The notes below the pieces were generated by a model. It did no database searches. It had not been told where the DNA came from and worked only from the letters and a program-made list of their open reading frames with translations. A stretch of DNA of 64,000 bases. Source: Clostridia bacterium (lineage in GTDB: Bacteria; Bacillota; Clostridia; Oscillospirales; CAG-272). How positions within the stretch are numbered: the stretch's first letter is position 1; each line of letters opens with the position of its first letter. A program made the translations under genes and the position numbers. Positions 53,582-63,444 of this stretch are shown here, in pieces. The DNA lies in the NCBI GenBank assembly GCA_017411605.1, contig JAFQPR010000090.1:3761-67760 (forward strand). The letters run 5' to 3'.

Positions 53582-55288
53582 TTAGAAATCAAAATTAAAT
53601 TTTCTTGACCTACCCGACTCCTGTTCCTCGCGCTTTAGCACGTCGCCTATCTTATACATATCGGACTTAGGGTCAAAGGCGCGGTAGCGATCCTCTCTGT
53701 CATCTCTCACGATCTTGAGCTCGGTGCGTTTGAAGAAGGGTATCATATACGACTTCATATTTCCCGCAACTCGTGAGCGGACGTAAAACTCACCGAGCTT
53801 CAGCTCATCGAGATCACTTATCCTTACAACGGCGGTATTGCTTGCCGTTATGCTCTCGGAGGTGTTTCCGTCGTTACCTTTATTGTATGAGGTAAAGATG
53901 CCTATCTTCTGCCCCATAGACTCGGAGAATATCTGCTTTGTGTTGAGGTTATTACTTCCGAGGAAGATTGACGTATCACAGTTATCGCGTATGATATCGC
54001 TCGTGTCCTCACCGTATACCTGGCGGAGCTGCTGAATTGACTGAACAGCCATCATCATCCATACGCGTCTTGAGCGAAGAGTCGTTATCTTGTTGCTCAT
54101 ACCCGGCATAGGGGGCATATTTGCAAACTCATCGAGCAGGAATACAAAGTCGCGGGAAAGATTTCTCGGTCCTACGTTATCCGCGTGCTCGGTAAGCTCT
54201 GCCACAAGGTTATTTATAAGCATCATAGCGATGCTGTTCGTTATCTTTTGCTGATCGTCGGTTATAAGGAAGATCGCGTACGGCTTATCACGGGTAGCTA
54301 TCTCTTTGAGATTTATATCGTCGCTCGTTGCCGTAAGAGCGCCAACCGCATTAGTCGTATACGCGCTGAGAGCGGTGTTAAGAGTGCTGACGTAGCCGTC
54401 TCTCGTTACCTTTGCGCGAAGATTGTAGTTACCCATTATCGCGTTCTGAACGGTCAGATGATCCTCAGCTCGCTTGAGCCATCCTATGATAGTTTCGCAG
54501 TCGTCCTCGGTGGTGAATGCTGCGCGGCATACGTTTGCTATGGTAAACTTCTCACGGGTCATACCGTTTTTAGGATTTTCGGAATCGTGAAGCATAGTTA
54601 AAACTATCGCGCAAAACATCGTTCTCGCGCCCGAGAACCACGAGGCATCCTCGGGGTCTGTGCAGACGATTATGATGTTGGAGAGCTCAACTATCGCTCT
54701 TTCAACTCTGTCCATAAGTGTCAGCACCTTAGCGTTTGCGGCGCATTTAGCCTCGGATAAGGTCCTGAACTTTCTTCCGCCAAACTCGGTAGTGATCTCG
54801 CCCGCCTTGATTTGGCACTTTATCCTGTACGCCTCCTGATAGTCGTCGTATATCTGGGTCATAAAGTTGTATCTTTTAGACTGGTAAGGTCTTTTCATAT
54901 CCATTATCACAACGTTATACCCGTGCTTCTCAAGATAACCTTTAAGCTCGAGAGATATATCTCCTTTGAGGTCGGATGCGAGGAACGAAGGCTTTCTCTC
55001 ATCATTCACAAGAGCGAATATTTGCAAATAGTTCTTTACAATTACCTCGGATTTACCCGTGCCGGTACTACCGATTATTGTACTGTGAGTGAAGTCTGTG
55101 AATAACGCCTTACCGTCTTCCGAGAAGTATAGAGGCATACCGGCATCGGGAGCGACGGAGCCATTCATATCCATCCAATCGCAGCCTCGGAAGTCGCGTC
55201 CGACCTCGCACCGAACGCATTCCGACTGCTCGTAATTGTCCCTGTTTTTATAGAGTAGGGATTCTCTTATAAGTGTGTCGTTTCTCAT
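53582..55288 (-). CDS. Soluble VirD4/TraG-like (type IV coupling protein family) ATPase, 568 aa, no TM segment
   Basis: Walker A IIGSTGTGKSE. SDLKGDI. Walker B FVFLLDEFANMP. RSRRVWMMMAVQSIQQLRQVYGE. Motif-for-motif paralog of the 11305-12639 product. Confidence 0.8.
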   Translation of the reverse strand: MRNDTLIRESLLYKNRDNYEQSECVRCEVGRDFRGCDWMDMNGSVAPDAGMPLYFSEDGKALFTDFTHSTIIGSTGTGKSEVIVKNYLQIFALVNDERKPSFLASDLKGDISLELKGYLEKHGYNVVIMDMKRPYQSKRYNFMTQIYDDYQEAYRIKCQIKAGEITTEFGGRKFRTLSEAKCAANAKVLTLMDRVERAIVELSNIIIVCTDPEDASWFSGARTMFCAIVLTMLHDSENPKNGMTREKFTIANVCRAAFTTEDDCETIIGWLKRAEDHLTVQNAIMGNYNLRAKVTRDGYVSTLNTALSAYTTNAVGALTATSDDINLKEIATRDKPYAIFLITDDQQKITNSIAMMLINNLVAELTEHADNVGPRNLSRDFVFLLDEFANMPPMPGMSNKITTLRSRRVWMMMAVQSIQQLRQVYGEDTSDIIRDNCDTSIFLGSNNLNTKQIFSESMGQKIGIFTSYNKGNDGNTSESITASNTAVVRISDLDELKLGEFYVRSRVAGNMKSYMIPFFKRTELKIVRDDREDRYRAFDPKSDMYKIGDVLKREEQESGRSRKFNFDF

Positions 55289-55291
55289 TCC

Positions 55292-56026
55292 TTAAGTTCT
55301 GGGCTGAAATCCGATGCTGCTTCTGTTTACCTGACCGTAGCCGAATTTCTGCTTTACCTTTCTTTTTGCTTTTTCCGTGATGTCGCGGATCTCACTTTCC
55401 GAAAGCTGAGCGCGTGCTATTTCAATGCTTCTGCCGAGCGCCTCGGGAGAATCTATGCTGAGCACGTTCTCCAGCACGTCGGTCAGGACGAGTAGCCAAA
55501 GAAGTGACTCTTTATGGTTAGCGCGCTTTCCGTGTATTACCGCAAGATGCTCCACCGAGGGCAGGTGCGATTTCTCGTCGATGAGCTCCTCGAAGCGCTT
55601 TATCGCGCGATCGACCGAGCCTCGCGAATATTCGATATAAGCCGCGTCAAGCTTAGAGCTTGCATCCTCAGCTACGTTCTTATAGACGTCAGTGCGCCAA
55701 TCTATAACGTCGGAATATGTACGTCTTCCGGTTTCAGTATACTTTTCATAGCAGACCTTTGCGGCTCTGACCGCCTTGATAAGCTCCTTTTTACCCGGGA
55801 TAGCATCTGCGATAAGAAGGAAGTTCTTGCAATCCATCAGACACTCTATGCCGAATTTTTCTACCGAGTCGATAACCTCCGCTATCTGCAGAAATTCTCC
55901 GCTCGACTCGCCGATACCGTAAGCCGCGGCAAAAAGAGCGAGCAGCTTACGCTTTTCCTTCGCGTTGTAATAACGCTGTACCGTTGCGGAATAGTACTTC
56001 TCGTAAAGTTCACGTGTGTTTGTCAT
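55292..56026 (-). CDS. 244-aa helical (TPR-like) hypothetical protein, coupled to the VirD4-like ATPase
   Basis: ORF track. AGGAGA SD. 3-nt gap to the downstream ATPase gene. Confidence 0.55.
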   Translation of the reverse strand: MTNTRELYEKYYSATVQRYYNAKEKRKLLALFAAAYGIGESSGEFLQIAEVIDSVEKFGIECLMDCKNFLLIADAIPGKKELIKAVRAAKVCYEKYTETGRRTYSDVIDWRTDVYKNVAEDASSKLDAAYIEYSRGSVDRAIKRFEELIDEKSHLPSVEHLAVIHGKRANHKESLLWLLVLTDVLENVLSIDSPEALGRSIEIARAQLSESEIRDITEKAKRKVKQKFGYGQVNRSSIGFQPRT

Positions 56027-56254
56027 TTTTTCGTCTCCTTTTGTCCTGTTGTTTTTACAATAATATTTTAAACTATTTTTCTCTTGATGTCGAGAAAGTC
56101 AAAGACGTAAAAGCAGCGTTTATTTACCAAAAAAGACATATTCCGCATAATTTTACTCATTTTTTTACCGCTTGCATCCGATACCCCAAAAACCACATTA
56201 AAACGGATGTTTTTTAGTAAAACTCTAAATGATTTTTTTAATATCCCCGTGCTC

Positions 56255-56283
56255 TTGACTTTTTATTTTTCGTAGTATATAAT
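56255..56283 (+). promoter_or_regulatory. Sigma70-type promoter of the Gfo/Idh/MocA gene
   Basis: TTGACT (56255-60), a 17-nt spacer, then TATAAT (56278-83). Confidence 0.65.
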
Positions 56284-56333
56284 AAAACGAACGCGCAAAT
56301 AACGCATAAAACAAACTTGAGGAGAATACAAAA

Positions 56334-57296
56334 ATGAAAGTTGGACTTATCGGAATCGGCGGAATGGGATTTAACCATTTCAGACATTACGTTAAAATGA
56401 AGGATATTGAAATCGCCGTTGCGGACGTCAGAGTTGATATGGCGAAGGAGAGGATAAAGAATGACAGTATTCCCGTTTACTCATCATACCTTGAGATGAT
56501 AGAAAAAGAAAACCCCGACTTCGTTGATATATGCACGCCCAGCTATATGCACGCGGATATGGCAATAGCCGCGCTCGGTCTCGGCAATCACGTGCTTTGC
56601 GAAAAGCCAATGAGCATAAACTCACGCGATGCCGAGCGCATGATCGAAGCAAAAGAAAAGAGCGGAAAGCTTCTGATGGTCGCGCACGTAGTTCGTTTTA
56701 TGGCTCCCTACGTTTATCTCAAGTCGGTTATAGAGTCGGGCGAGCTTGGCGAGCTTCAGCATCTGATGATGCAAAGACTCTCAACCACGCCTAAGTGGTC
56801 GTGGGAAAACTGGATGCGCGATACCGAAAAAAGCGGCGGTGTTGCAATAGACCTTTCCATTCATGATATTGACTTCGTTCAGTACGTTCTCGGCGCTCCC
56901 GACTCGGTCAGCGCAACCTATTATGACTTTAAAAATAACTCGAATTTCGTCAGCTCGACGTTCACATACGGCAGCGCCGTTGTAGAAACTGTCGGCGCCT
57001 GGTACAATGCCGAGCTTCCCTTCCACGCGGAATATCTCGCGGTATTCGAAAACGGATACGTTGAATCAAGGGGAGGAAAGGTCACAAGAAACGGCGAAGA
57101 GGTTGAGCTTAAGGTCGGTGAGGTCAGCGAGGATACGGGTATAAATCTCTCGGGCGCTGACGGATACGGTGATGAGATAGCTTACTTTATCGACTGCATC
57201 AAAAACGGCAAGGAGCCCGAAAGAGTTCTTCCCGAATCAAGTCTTAAGAGCGTTAAGCTTACGGAAGAAATACTCAAGGTAGCAAAAAAGGTTTAA
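56334..57296 (+). CDS. Gfo/Idh/MocA-family NAD(P)-dependent oxidoreductase
   Basis: MKVGLIGIGGMGFNHF Rossmann N-terminus. DFVDICTPSYMHADMAIAALGLGNHVLCEKP is the family signature. GAGGAG SD. Confidence 0.85.
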   Translation: MKVGLIGIGGMGFNHFRHYVKMKDIEIAVADVRVDMAKERIKNDSIPVYSSYLEMIEKENPDFVDICTPSYMHADMAIAALGLGNHVLCEKPMSINSRDAERMIEAKEKSGKLLMVAHVVRFMAPYVYLKSVIESGELGELQHLMMQRLSTTPKWSWENWMRDTEKSGGVAIDLSIHDIDFVQYVLGAPDSVSATYYDFKNNSNFVSSTFTYGSAVVETVGAWYNAELPFHAEYLAVFENGYVESRGGKVTRNGEEVELKVGEVSEDTGINLSGADGYGDEIAYFIDCIKNGKEPERVLPESSLKSVKLTEEILKVAKKV

Positions 57297-57366
57297 ACAG
57301 AATTGAGAAAGTTTAAACAATTAACTTTTAAAAAATAAAAAACTTCAACAAAATATAATAAAAAAG

Positions 57367-57407
57367 AGCTGCAATCAGACCACTCTGAGTTTGATTGCAG
57401 CTTTTTA
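57367..57407. terminator. Bidirectional intrinsic terminator between convergent genes
   Basis: AGCTGCAATCA, a 14-nt loop, TGATTGCAGCT, then TTTTT. Preceded by an A-run. Confidence 0.75.
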
Positions 57408-57454
57408 TGTATTTAATTATTCAATAGCGCCAAGATAATGATTTTGGCTCGCGC

Positions 57455-57940
57455 TCAGGTATTCTTCGCCTTCGAAAATCTCGAGGTCTCAACGGTGAGC
57501 TTAAGTCTTTCAACCATAGTCGATATCTCACCGAGCGCCTTACAAATAGCCTTAAATTCATCCTTCTCGTCATCGTCAACGTCGCCGTCCATAGCTATAT
57601 CAATGAATTTATCCTTCCATTTATTAAAAGCGTTTACAGAGGATAAGATACCGAGCGTAGCCTCGGCAAGTCCAACGGGCTTAACCTCGTCAATTCTGCA
57701 ATCCATACCTATCTTGCAGTCGTTGGAGCAGTAATAATTATAAAGCGAAGGCTCACCGTAAAGCTCCACCATAGCAACAACGTCATCGGGCTTTGGCGCG
57801 ATATGCCCGAGCTCTATTCTTCCGAGCGTTGTCGAGCTGATTCCGATCTTCTCTGCTGCGCGCTCTCTGGAAAGTCCTTTGATTTTTTCTCTTGAGCGAT
57901 AGTAAATATTCTTCTCCGAAGGTTCTGCTTTACGTCCCAT
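57455..57940 (-). CDS. XRE-family HTH regulator (161 aa)
   Basis: LSRERAAEKIGISSTTLGRIELGHIAPKPDDVVAMVELYG. AGGAGA SD. Confidence 0.75.
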   Translation of the reverse strand: MGRKAEPSEKNIYYRSREKIKGLSRERAAEKIGISSTTLGRIELGHIAPKPDDVVAMVELYGEPSLYNYYCSNDCKIGMDCRIDEVKPVGLAEATLGILSSVNAFNKWKDKFIDIAMDGDVDDDEKDEFKAICKALGEISTMVERLKLTVETSRFSKAKNT

Positions 57941-57963
57941 ATTTATTCTCCTTTATAATAATA

Positions 57964-59295
57964 TTAACAAATAACATTGACTTCGTCTATCCCGTAATAC
58001 TCAAATGCCGAGATACAATCATCATCAATGACTTCGCCCGAAATGATAATAGGAACGGCGGGCGGGCAGCCTACCGTGACCGAAGCAAGCACTCGTCCTG
58101 CGGCATCCCTTGGCGAAACGCTGACGCACGCCGAAAGGAGCGCTTCTCTGACCGATACTTTTCTCATTGGCATTATGGTCTTCGGTGGCATCGTTGCAAT
58201 CTCCTCGCGCCTCTCAATACTAAGAAGCACGCGTTTCAGCTTGCTGATATCCTCATCCGTGTTTTCGGGAGTGAGCATGAGAACAAGATGATCGGGATCG
58301 CAGAACTCGCAAACGATACCGTCAAGCATAAGTCTTTCCGCAAGCTCATATCCAAGGTATCCGTATTTTTTGGTAAGAAGCGTTAATTTCAGGGGTTCAT
58401 CACCGAAAAGTGCGTACCCGTTATTCAAAATCTCACTCTTTAATCGGTCGACTTTTGCTGAAAATTCGGCAAGTCTTTCTCTGTATCCGCCGGCAATATA
58501 AGCATTGGCGCGGTCAAGAGAAGCAAGTATAAGATAAGACGGGCTCGTCGAGCCAAAGAGCGCAAGCGCGCGCTTGGCATTCTCGGAAAGGTACGCGGGA
58601 GCAGCTCGGCTTATATGAAGATACGCACCGCCCGTCAATACGGGAAGTGTCTTATGAGCCGAGTCGCAGCAAATATCCGCGCCAAGATCTATCGGGTGGC
58701 GTGATGGATTTAAAAACTTAAGGTATGCCCCGTGCGCATTATCGACGAGCAAAAGTGTGCCGTATCTGTGGCAAACCTCGGCAATATCGGCAATCGGTAA
58801 TGTCCGTCCGAGATAATCGGGAGATGTTACGTAAACTGCCAGAGGCGGCTCGTCCATAGCCAGAAGAGCGCGTTCGACAAAAGCTCCGTCAAGCGACGAG
58901 GAGAGGTACGACTCATTCTCGTTTGGCAAAAGCCACTCGACGTCAATATCCAGAAGTCCCACAGCATAAACAAAGCTTTTATGAACGTTTCTCGCCGCCA
59001 AAACCTTACACGGTCTGCCGTTTGTCTTAGAAAAAAGACTTACAAGATACATCATCGCGCGAATGGAGAGCGACGAACCCTCAGCAGAATAAAACGTGTC
59101 CGCCCCGAAAAGCTCACCCGCATACTTCTCGCTCTCGCGAATGATACCGTTTGCCTCATATAGACTGTCCGCTCCGAAGACCTCGGTGATATCAAATCTT
59201 TCAATCTCACCTATACCCTTATGCCCGGGCATATGCATTCTCGATGCGCCCGACTCCGCATAACGGGTAACAAAATCATAGATAGGAGTTTTCAT
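57964..59295 (-). CDS. PLP-dependent Orn/Lys/Arg decarboxylase-family enzyme (OKR_DC_1-like)
   Basis: RMHMPGHKG N-terminal signature. CDSAHKTLPVLTGGAYLH (PLP lysine). 443 aa. Confidence 0.75.
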   Translation of the reverse strand: MKTPIYDFVTRYAESGASRMHMPGHKGIGEIERFDITEVFGADSLYEANGIIRESEKYAGELFGADTFYSAEGSSLSIRAMMYLVSLFSKTNGRPCKVLAARNVHKSFVYAVGLLDIDVEWLLPNENESYLSSSLDGAFVERALLAMDEPPLAVYVTSPDYLGRTLPIADIAEVCHRYGTLLLVDNAHGAYLKFLNPSRHPIDLGADICCDSAHKTLPVLTGGAYLHISRAAPAYLSENAKRALALFGSTSPSYLILASLDRANAYIAGGYRERLAEFSAKVDRLKSEILNNGYALFGDEPLKLTLLTKKYGYLGYELAERLMLDGIVCEFCDPDHLVLMLTPENTDEDISKLKRVLLSIERREEIATMPPKTIMPMRKVSVREALLSACVSVSPRDAAGRVLASVTVGCPPAVPIIISGEVIDDDCISAFEYYGIDEVNVIC

Positions 59296-59298
59296 ATA

Positions 59299-60675
59299 TC
59301 AACCGAGCTGCTTCGCGATAGCAAGCATAATTGCGCACTCCATTCTCTTCTTGAAGAGCTCGCAGCCTTTTTTGTAAATGCCTTTAACGCTGCCCGTTGC
59401 GTGGAATGCGTTTGCGGCGCATCCGCCCGAGCAATAGAGTCTTGCCCAGCAGTCGCGGCATTCCTCTCTTGAGTAAACGTTGCACTCGGCAAACTCGCAC
59501 TGAGCGGCTTTATTCGTTACGCCGTTATATATATCACCGAGCTTATATTTTTCCTCACCCACGAACTGGTGGCAGGGATAAAGATCTCCCCAAGGGGTAA
59601 CAGCCATATATTCCGTGCCCGAGCCGCAGCCCGAGATGCGTTTATAGATGCAAGGACCGCCCGTGAGGTCTATCATATAGTGATAGAAGGTGAACGGTCT
59701 GCCCTCGCGCTCACGCTCAAGCATAAGCATAGCGAGCTTTTCGTACTGCTCCTTGACTATCTCCATATCGCTCTCCGTGAGCTCCGCGGGGTCACCGGGT
59801 GCGCAGACTACGGGCTCCATACTGAGTTCATTAAATCCAAGGTCGAGCATCACCTTGATATCCTCGAGGAAGTCGGGATTTCTGTGAGTAAACGTGCCGC
59901 GCATATAGTATTCCTTACCGCCGCGCGCCTCGACGAGCTTTTGAAACTTCGGAACTATCTTATCAAAGCTTCCGTTCCCCGCATAGTCCACTCTGAACTC
60001 ATCGTGTATCTCTTTTCTTCCGTCAAGACTGAGAACTACGTTACTCATCTCGCGGTTTGCAAAATCTATAACGTCGTCGTCGATAAGCACGCCGTTGGTG
60101 GTGAGAGTGAAGCGGAAGTTTTTGTTATACTTCCCCTCAACCTCTCTCGCGTATGCAACGAGCTGCTTTACGACCTCAAAATTCATAAGCGGCTCACCGC
60201 CGAAGAAGTCTACCTCGAGGTTGCGTCTTGTTCCCGAGTTTTCAATAAGGAAATCGAGAGCTCTTTTACCTACCTCGAAGCTCATAACCGCTCTCTCTCC
60301 GTGATACTTACCCTGGCTCGCAAAGCAATAGGAGCAGTTGAGGTTGCAGGTATGAGCTATATGAAGGCAGAGCGCCTTGACAACGCCGGCGGTCTTCTCC
60401 TTAAGCTTACCCGCCATAGGCTCAAAGGTATCGGGAGCGAATAGCTTTCCCGCATCGCGAAGGGATGTTACCTGAGCGTAGCACTCCTCAATATCCCCCT
60501 CGGTGATATCCTCACGCGACGAGTATTTTTCTTTAAGTTCGTTTATAATATTCTCGCGAGACTCGCTCTCATACTTTTCTATAATATCGTAAGCTACCTC
60601 ATCCACAACGTGGATAGCGCCCGAGCATACGTCAAGCACAATATTGAGTCCGCCGAGTTTATACTGATGTATCAT
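59299..60675 (-). CDS. scfB: SCIFF radical SAM/SPASM maturase
   Basis: CNLNCSYCF (CxxxCxxC). C-terminal SPASM Cys clusters (CGSGTEYMAVTPWGDLYPCHQF...CRDCWARLYCSGGCAANA). Immediately downstream of a SCIFF precursor. Confidence 0.85.
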   Translation of the reverse strand: MIHQYKLGGLNIVLDVCSGAIHVVDEVAYDIIEKYESESRENIINELKEKYSSREDITEGDIEECYAQVTSLRDAGKLFAPDTFEPMAGKLKEKTAGVVKALCLHIAHTCNLNCSYCFASQGKYHGERAVMSFEVGKRALDFLIENSGTRRNLEVDFFGGEPLMNFEVVKQLVAYAREVEGKYNKNFRFTLTTNGVLIDDDVIDFANREMSNVVLSLDGRKEIHDEFRVDYAGNGSFDKIVPKFQKLVEARGGKEYYMRGTFTHRNPDFLEDIKVMLDLGFNELSMEPVVCAPGDPAELTESDMEIVKEQYEKLAMLMLEREREGRPFTFYHYMIDLTGGPCIYKRISGCGSGTEYMAVTPWGDLYPCHQFVGEEKYKLGDIYNGVTNKAAQCEFAECNVYSREECRDCWARLYCSGGCAANAFHATGSVKGIYKKGCELFKKRMECAIMLAIAKQLG

Positions 60676-60716
60676 TTGTTTATCCGTTCCGCCCGCATAA
60701 ACGCAGGCAATTTATT

Positions 60717-60748
60717 TCAAAAAATAATGCCGCCTGAAAAGGCGGCAT
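60717..60748 (-). terminator. Intrinsic terminator/attenuator hairpin between scfA and scfB
   Basis: Minus strand reads ATGCCGCC-ttttca-GGCGGCAT followed by TATTTTTT. Confidence 0.75.
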
Positions 60749-60774
60749 AATATGGCACTAAAGGGTTGCCGTGA

Positions 60775-60927
60775 TTACTTGTTGTCCTTTTTGCCTTCGC
60801 ACTTCTGGTTAGCAATACCGCAGCTGGTCTTGCAAGCAGACTGGCAAGAAGTCTGGCACTCACCGCATCCGCCATTCTTCGCGCTGTCGCAAAGGTTTCT
60901 GGTTTCAATAGTCTTGATGTGTTCCAT
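60775..60927 (-). CDS. scfA: SCIFF (six-cysteines-in-forty-five) ranthipeptide precursor, 50 aa; too short for the ORF track
   Basis: Hand translation: MEHIKTIETRNLCDSAKNGGCGECQTSCQSACKTSCGIANQKCEGKKDNK. Contains the hallmark GGCGECQTSCQSACKTSC core. GGAGG SD upstream of ATG 60927. Confidence 0.9.
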   Translation of the reverse strand: MEHIKTIETRNLCDSAKNGGCGECQTSCQSACKTSCGIANQKCEGKKDNK

Positions 60928-60958
60928 AATACGCCTCCGTAAAATAATTGTTTTCTAA

Positions 60959-60987
60959 AGTTTATCATATTTTGTCGTCGTTGTCAA
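60959..60987 (-). promoter_or_regulatory. Sigma70-type promoter of scfA
   Basis: Minus strand reads TTGACA (60982-87), a 17-nt spacer, then TAAACT (60959-64). Confidence 0.55.
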
Positions 60988-61105
60988 TAGCTAACTAAAA
61001 CTTTTCGCCCGCACGAAAATAATTATGTTTTTTTATCTCATTATTATAGACTTTCATTGCTTCCTGTGATAAAATCAAATCAAAAAAGGAAGCGAGGTCG
61101 GAATT

Positions 61106-63439
61106 ATGATACAAGACAAAATGCAATTAAAATATAACCGTCCCGCCCCGATACTCGGGGATTTCGCGAGATATGCAGGCGCCGTAAATTACGGCGCGGG
61201 AGCAAAGCGATATGAAAAGGCTGATAGCTGGGAACGCTATTCCCTTCCGCTCGGAAACGGATTTTTCGGCGCGAACGTATTTGGCAGACTCGGAGTTGAG
61301 CGCATCCAGATAAGCGAGCCCACGTTATCCAATCTACAATACTATCAAAGGCAGAAAGCCGAGCGCCACGGCTGCGCCGCGTGCGGAGTGAACAATTTTG
61401 CCGAGCTTATGCTAAACTTCGGTCACGAGGGCGCGTCGGACTATGAAATGTCGCTCTCGCTTGATGACGCGATATGCTCGGTTTCTTACACGTACTCGGG
61501 GATACACTTCAAAAGAAGTATATTTCTCTCCCACCCCGACCGCGTTATGGTCATACGTCTTGAGGCTGACAGAAAGAATTCGGTTTCGTTAGACGTTTCC
61601 CCTACCATTCCATTTCTCGGTGACTATACGATAGAAGAGGGCGACGGTATGGCAAAGCGCGGCACGGTTACAGCCGCTATTGATACGATCAGTATATCGG
61701 GCGAGCTCGAGTATTATGGCGTTTTATACGAGGGAATACTCAAAATTATCGCTAACGGGGGTACACTTATTGCAAAAAGCGGTGAAATCTCGGTAAAGAA
61801 CGCAGACTCCGTCACAATACTGTTTTCGGCTTCAACGAACTATATTCTTGACGAGCAGGTATTCTCATCGGACGCCCCGAAGGAAAAGCTGAGCGGCTTC
61901 CCTCACCCTAAGGAAGAGGTTGAAAAAGCAATAAGCACGGCGGTAAAGCTCGGATACGAAAAGCTCCTTGAACGCCACCTCGAGGATTACCGCGCGCTAT
62001 ACGGCAGAGTTCAAATAAGAATAGGAAACGAAGCCTGCGGAGAATACACGGATAAGCTCCTCGAAGCATACAGAGCGGGCAAAACCTCAAGATATCTTGA
62101 AACTCTTCTCTTCCAATACGGAAGATATCTGCTTATCGCATCCTCGAGGACAAGACTCCCCGCACACCTTCAGGGCATATGGAACGCATATTGCGACTCA
62201 CCGTGGTCCTGCGGCTATTGGCACAATATCAACGTGCAGATGAACTATTGGTGCTCAGGCCCCGCCGCCCTCTCGGAGCTATTTATCCCTTATATAAACT
62301 ATGCAAAAGCATATATGAAGCGAGCTAAGCGCTACGCCGATGCGTTTATGGAGAAAAACTATCCCGAGCGCAAGTCCCCCGACGGCGAAAACGGCTGGAT
62401 AATCGGCACGGGATGCGGAGCATACAAGATCGACGGATTTGAAAGCGTGAGCCATTCGGGACCCGGTACGGGAGCGTTCACCTCTCTGCTATTCTGGGAT
62501 TATTACGATTACACAAGGGACGTTGACTTCTTGCGCGATTTTGCTTATCCCGCTCTCTATGATATGTCTGTTTTCTTCTCGAAAATTCTTATAGAAAAAG
62601 ACGGTGCGCTACTCGTAAAAGAGTCCGCTTCTCCCGAAAATGTACACAATGGTAGTCATTATCACACTTCTGGTTGCGCTTTTGACCAACAGATGATATA
62701 TGAAAACTATAAAAGAACGCTTGAGGCGGCAGACATACTCGGGATTGCAGACGACGCGCTTCTCGAAACAATAAGGAGTCAAATAGAGAGGCTCGAGCCG
62801 GTGCTTATCGGCGATGACGGTCAGGTCAAGGAGTACCGCGAGGAAACGACCTATTCCTCGATAGGCGATCCTCACCACCGCCACGTATCGCACCTCGTCG
62901 GTCTTTACCCCGGAACCATCATAACCGACACAAACGAAGAGTGGATGCGCGGCGCGAGGATCACACTCACAGGACGAGGAGATGAATCCACAGGTTGGGC
63001 GGCGGCGCACAGACTCCTCCTTTGGGCAAGAACGAAAACCCCGCACAAGGCGTTCGACCTTATAAGGTCGTTTATGTCAAACAACATAATGGAGAATCTA
63101 TGGGACACTCACCCGCCATTCCAGATAGACGGAAACTTCGGCTACACGGCAGGCGTATGCGAAATGCTCCTCTCATCTCACACGGATTGCATAGAGCTTC
63201 TCCCCGCCCTCCCCGTAGAGTGGGCTGACGGTGAGTTCTCGGGCCTTGTCGCGCGAGGTAATTTCTCTATTGGAGCAAAGTGGAAATGTGGCAAAATAAC
63301 ATATATCCGTGTTAAATCAAACGCAGGCGGCAAGCTTCGCCTGAAGCTTCTCGGCACACCGTTTGAGAAAAACGCAAACGCGAAAGATGGCATATTTGAA
63401 AAGCTAACAATGCCCGGTGATGAGATAATATTTGAATAA
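61106..63439 (+). CDS. Glycoside hydrolase family 95 (alpha-L-fucosidase-like)
   Basis: N-terminus WERYSLPLGNGFFGANVFG...ERIQISEPTL. RLPAHLQGIWN. 777 aa, typical GH95 size. Confidence 0.8.
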   Translation: MIQDKMQLKYNRPAPILGDFARYAGAVNYGAGAKRYEKADSWERYSLPLGNGFFGANVFGRLGVERIQISEPTLSNLQYYQRQKAERHGCAACGVNNFAELMLNFGHEGASDYEMSLSLDDAICSVSYTYSGIHFKRSIFLSHPDRVMVIRLEADRKNSVSLDVSPTIPFLGDYTIEEGDGMAKRGTVTAAIDTISISGELEYYGVLYEGILKIIANGGTLIAKSGEISVKNADSVTILFSASTNYILDEQVFSSDAPKEKLSGFPHPKEEVEKAISTAVKLGYEKLLERHLEDYRALYGRVQIRIGNEACGEYTDKLLEAYRAGKTSRYLETLLFQYGRYLLIASSRTRLPAHLQGIWNAYCDSPWSCGYWHNINVQMNYWCSGPAALSELFIPYINYAKAYMKRAKRYADAFMEKNYPERKSPDGENGWIIGTGCGAYKIDGFESVSHSGPGTGAFTSLLFWDYYDYTRDVDFLRDFAYPALYDMSVFFSKILIEKDGALLVKESASPENVHNGSHYHTSGCAFDQQMIYENYKRTLEAADILGIADDALLETIRSQIERLEPVLIGDDGQVKEYREETTYSSIGDPHHRHVSHLVGLYPGTIITDTNEEWMRGARITLTGRGDESTGWAAAHRLLLWARTKTPHKAFDLIRSFMSNNIMENLWDTHPPFQIDGNFGYTAGVCEMLLSSHTDCIELLPALPVEWADGEFSGLVARGNFSIGAKWKCGKITYIRVKSNAGGKLRLKLLGTPFEKNANAKDGIFEKLTMPGDEIIFE

Positions 63440-63444
63440 AAAAT

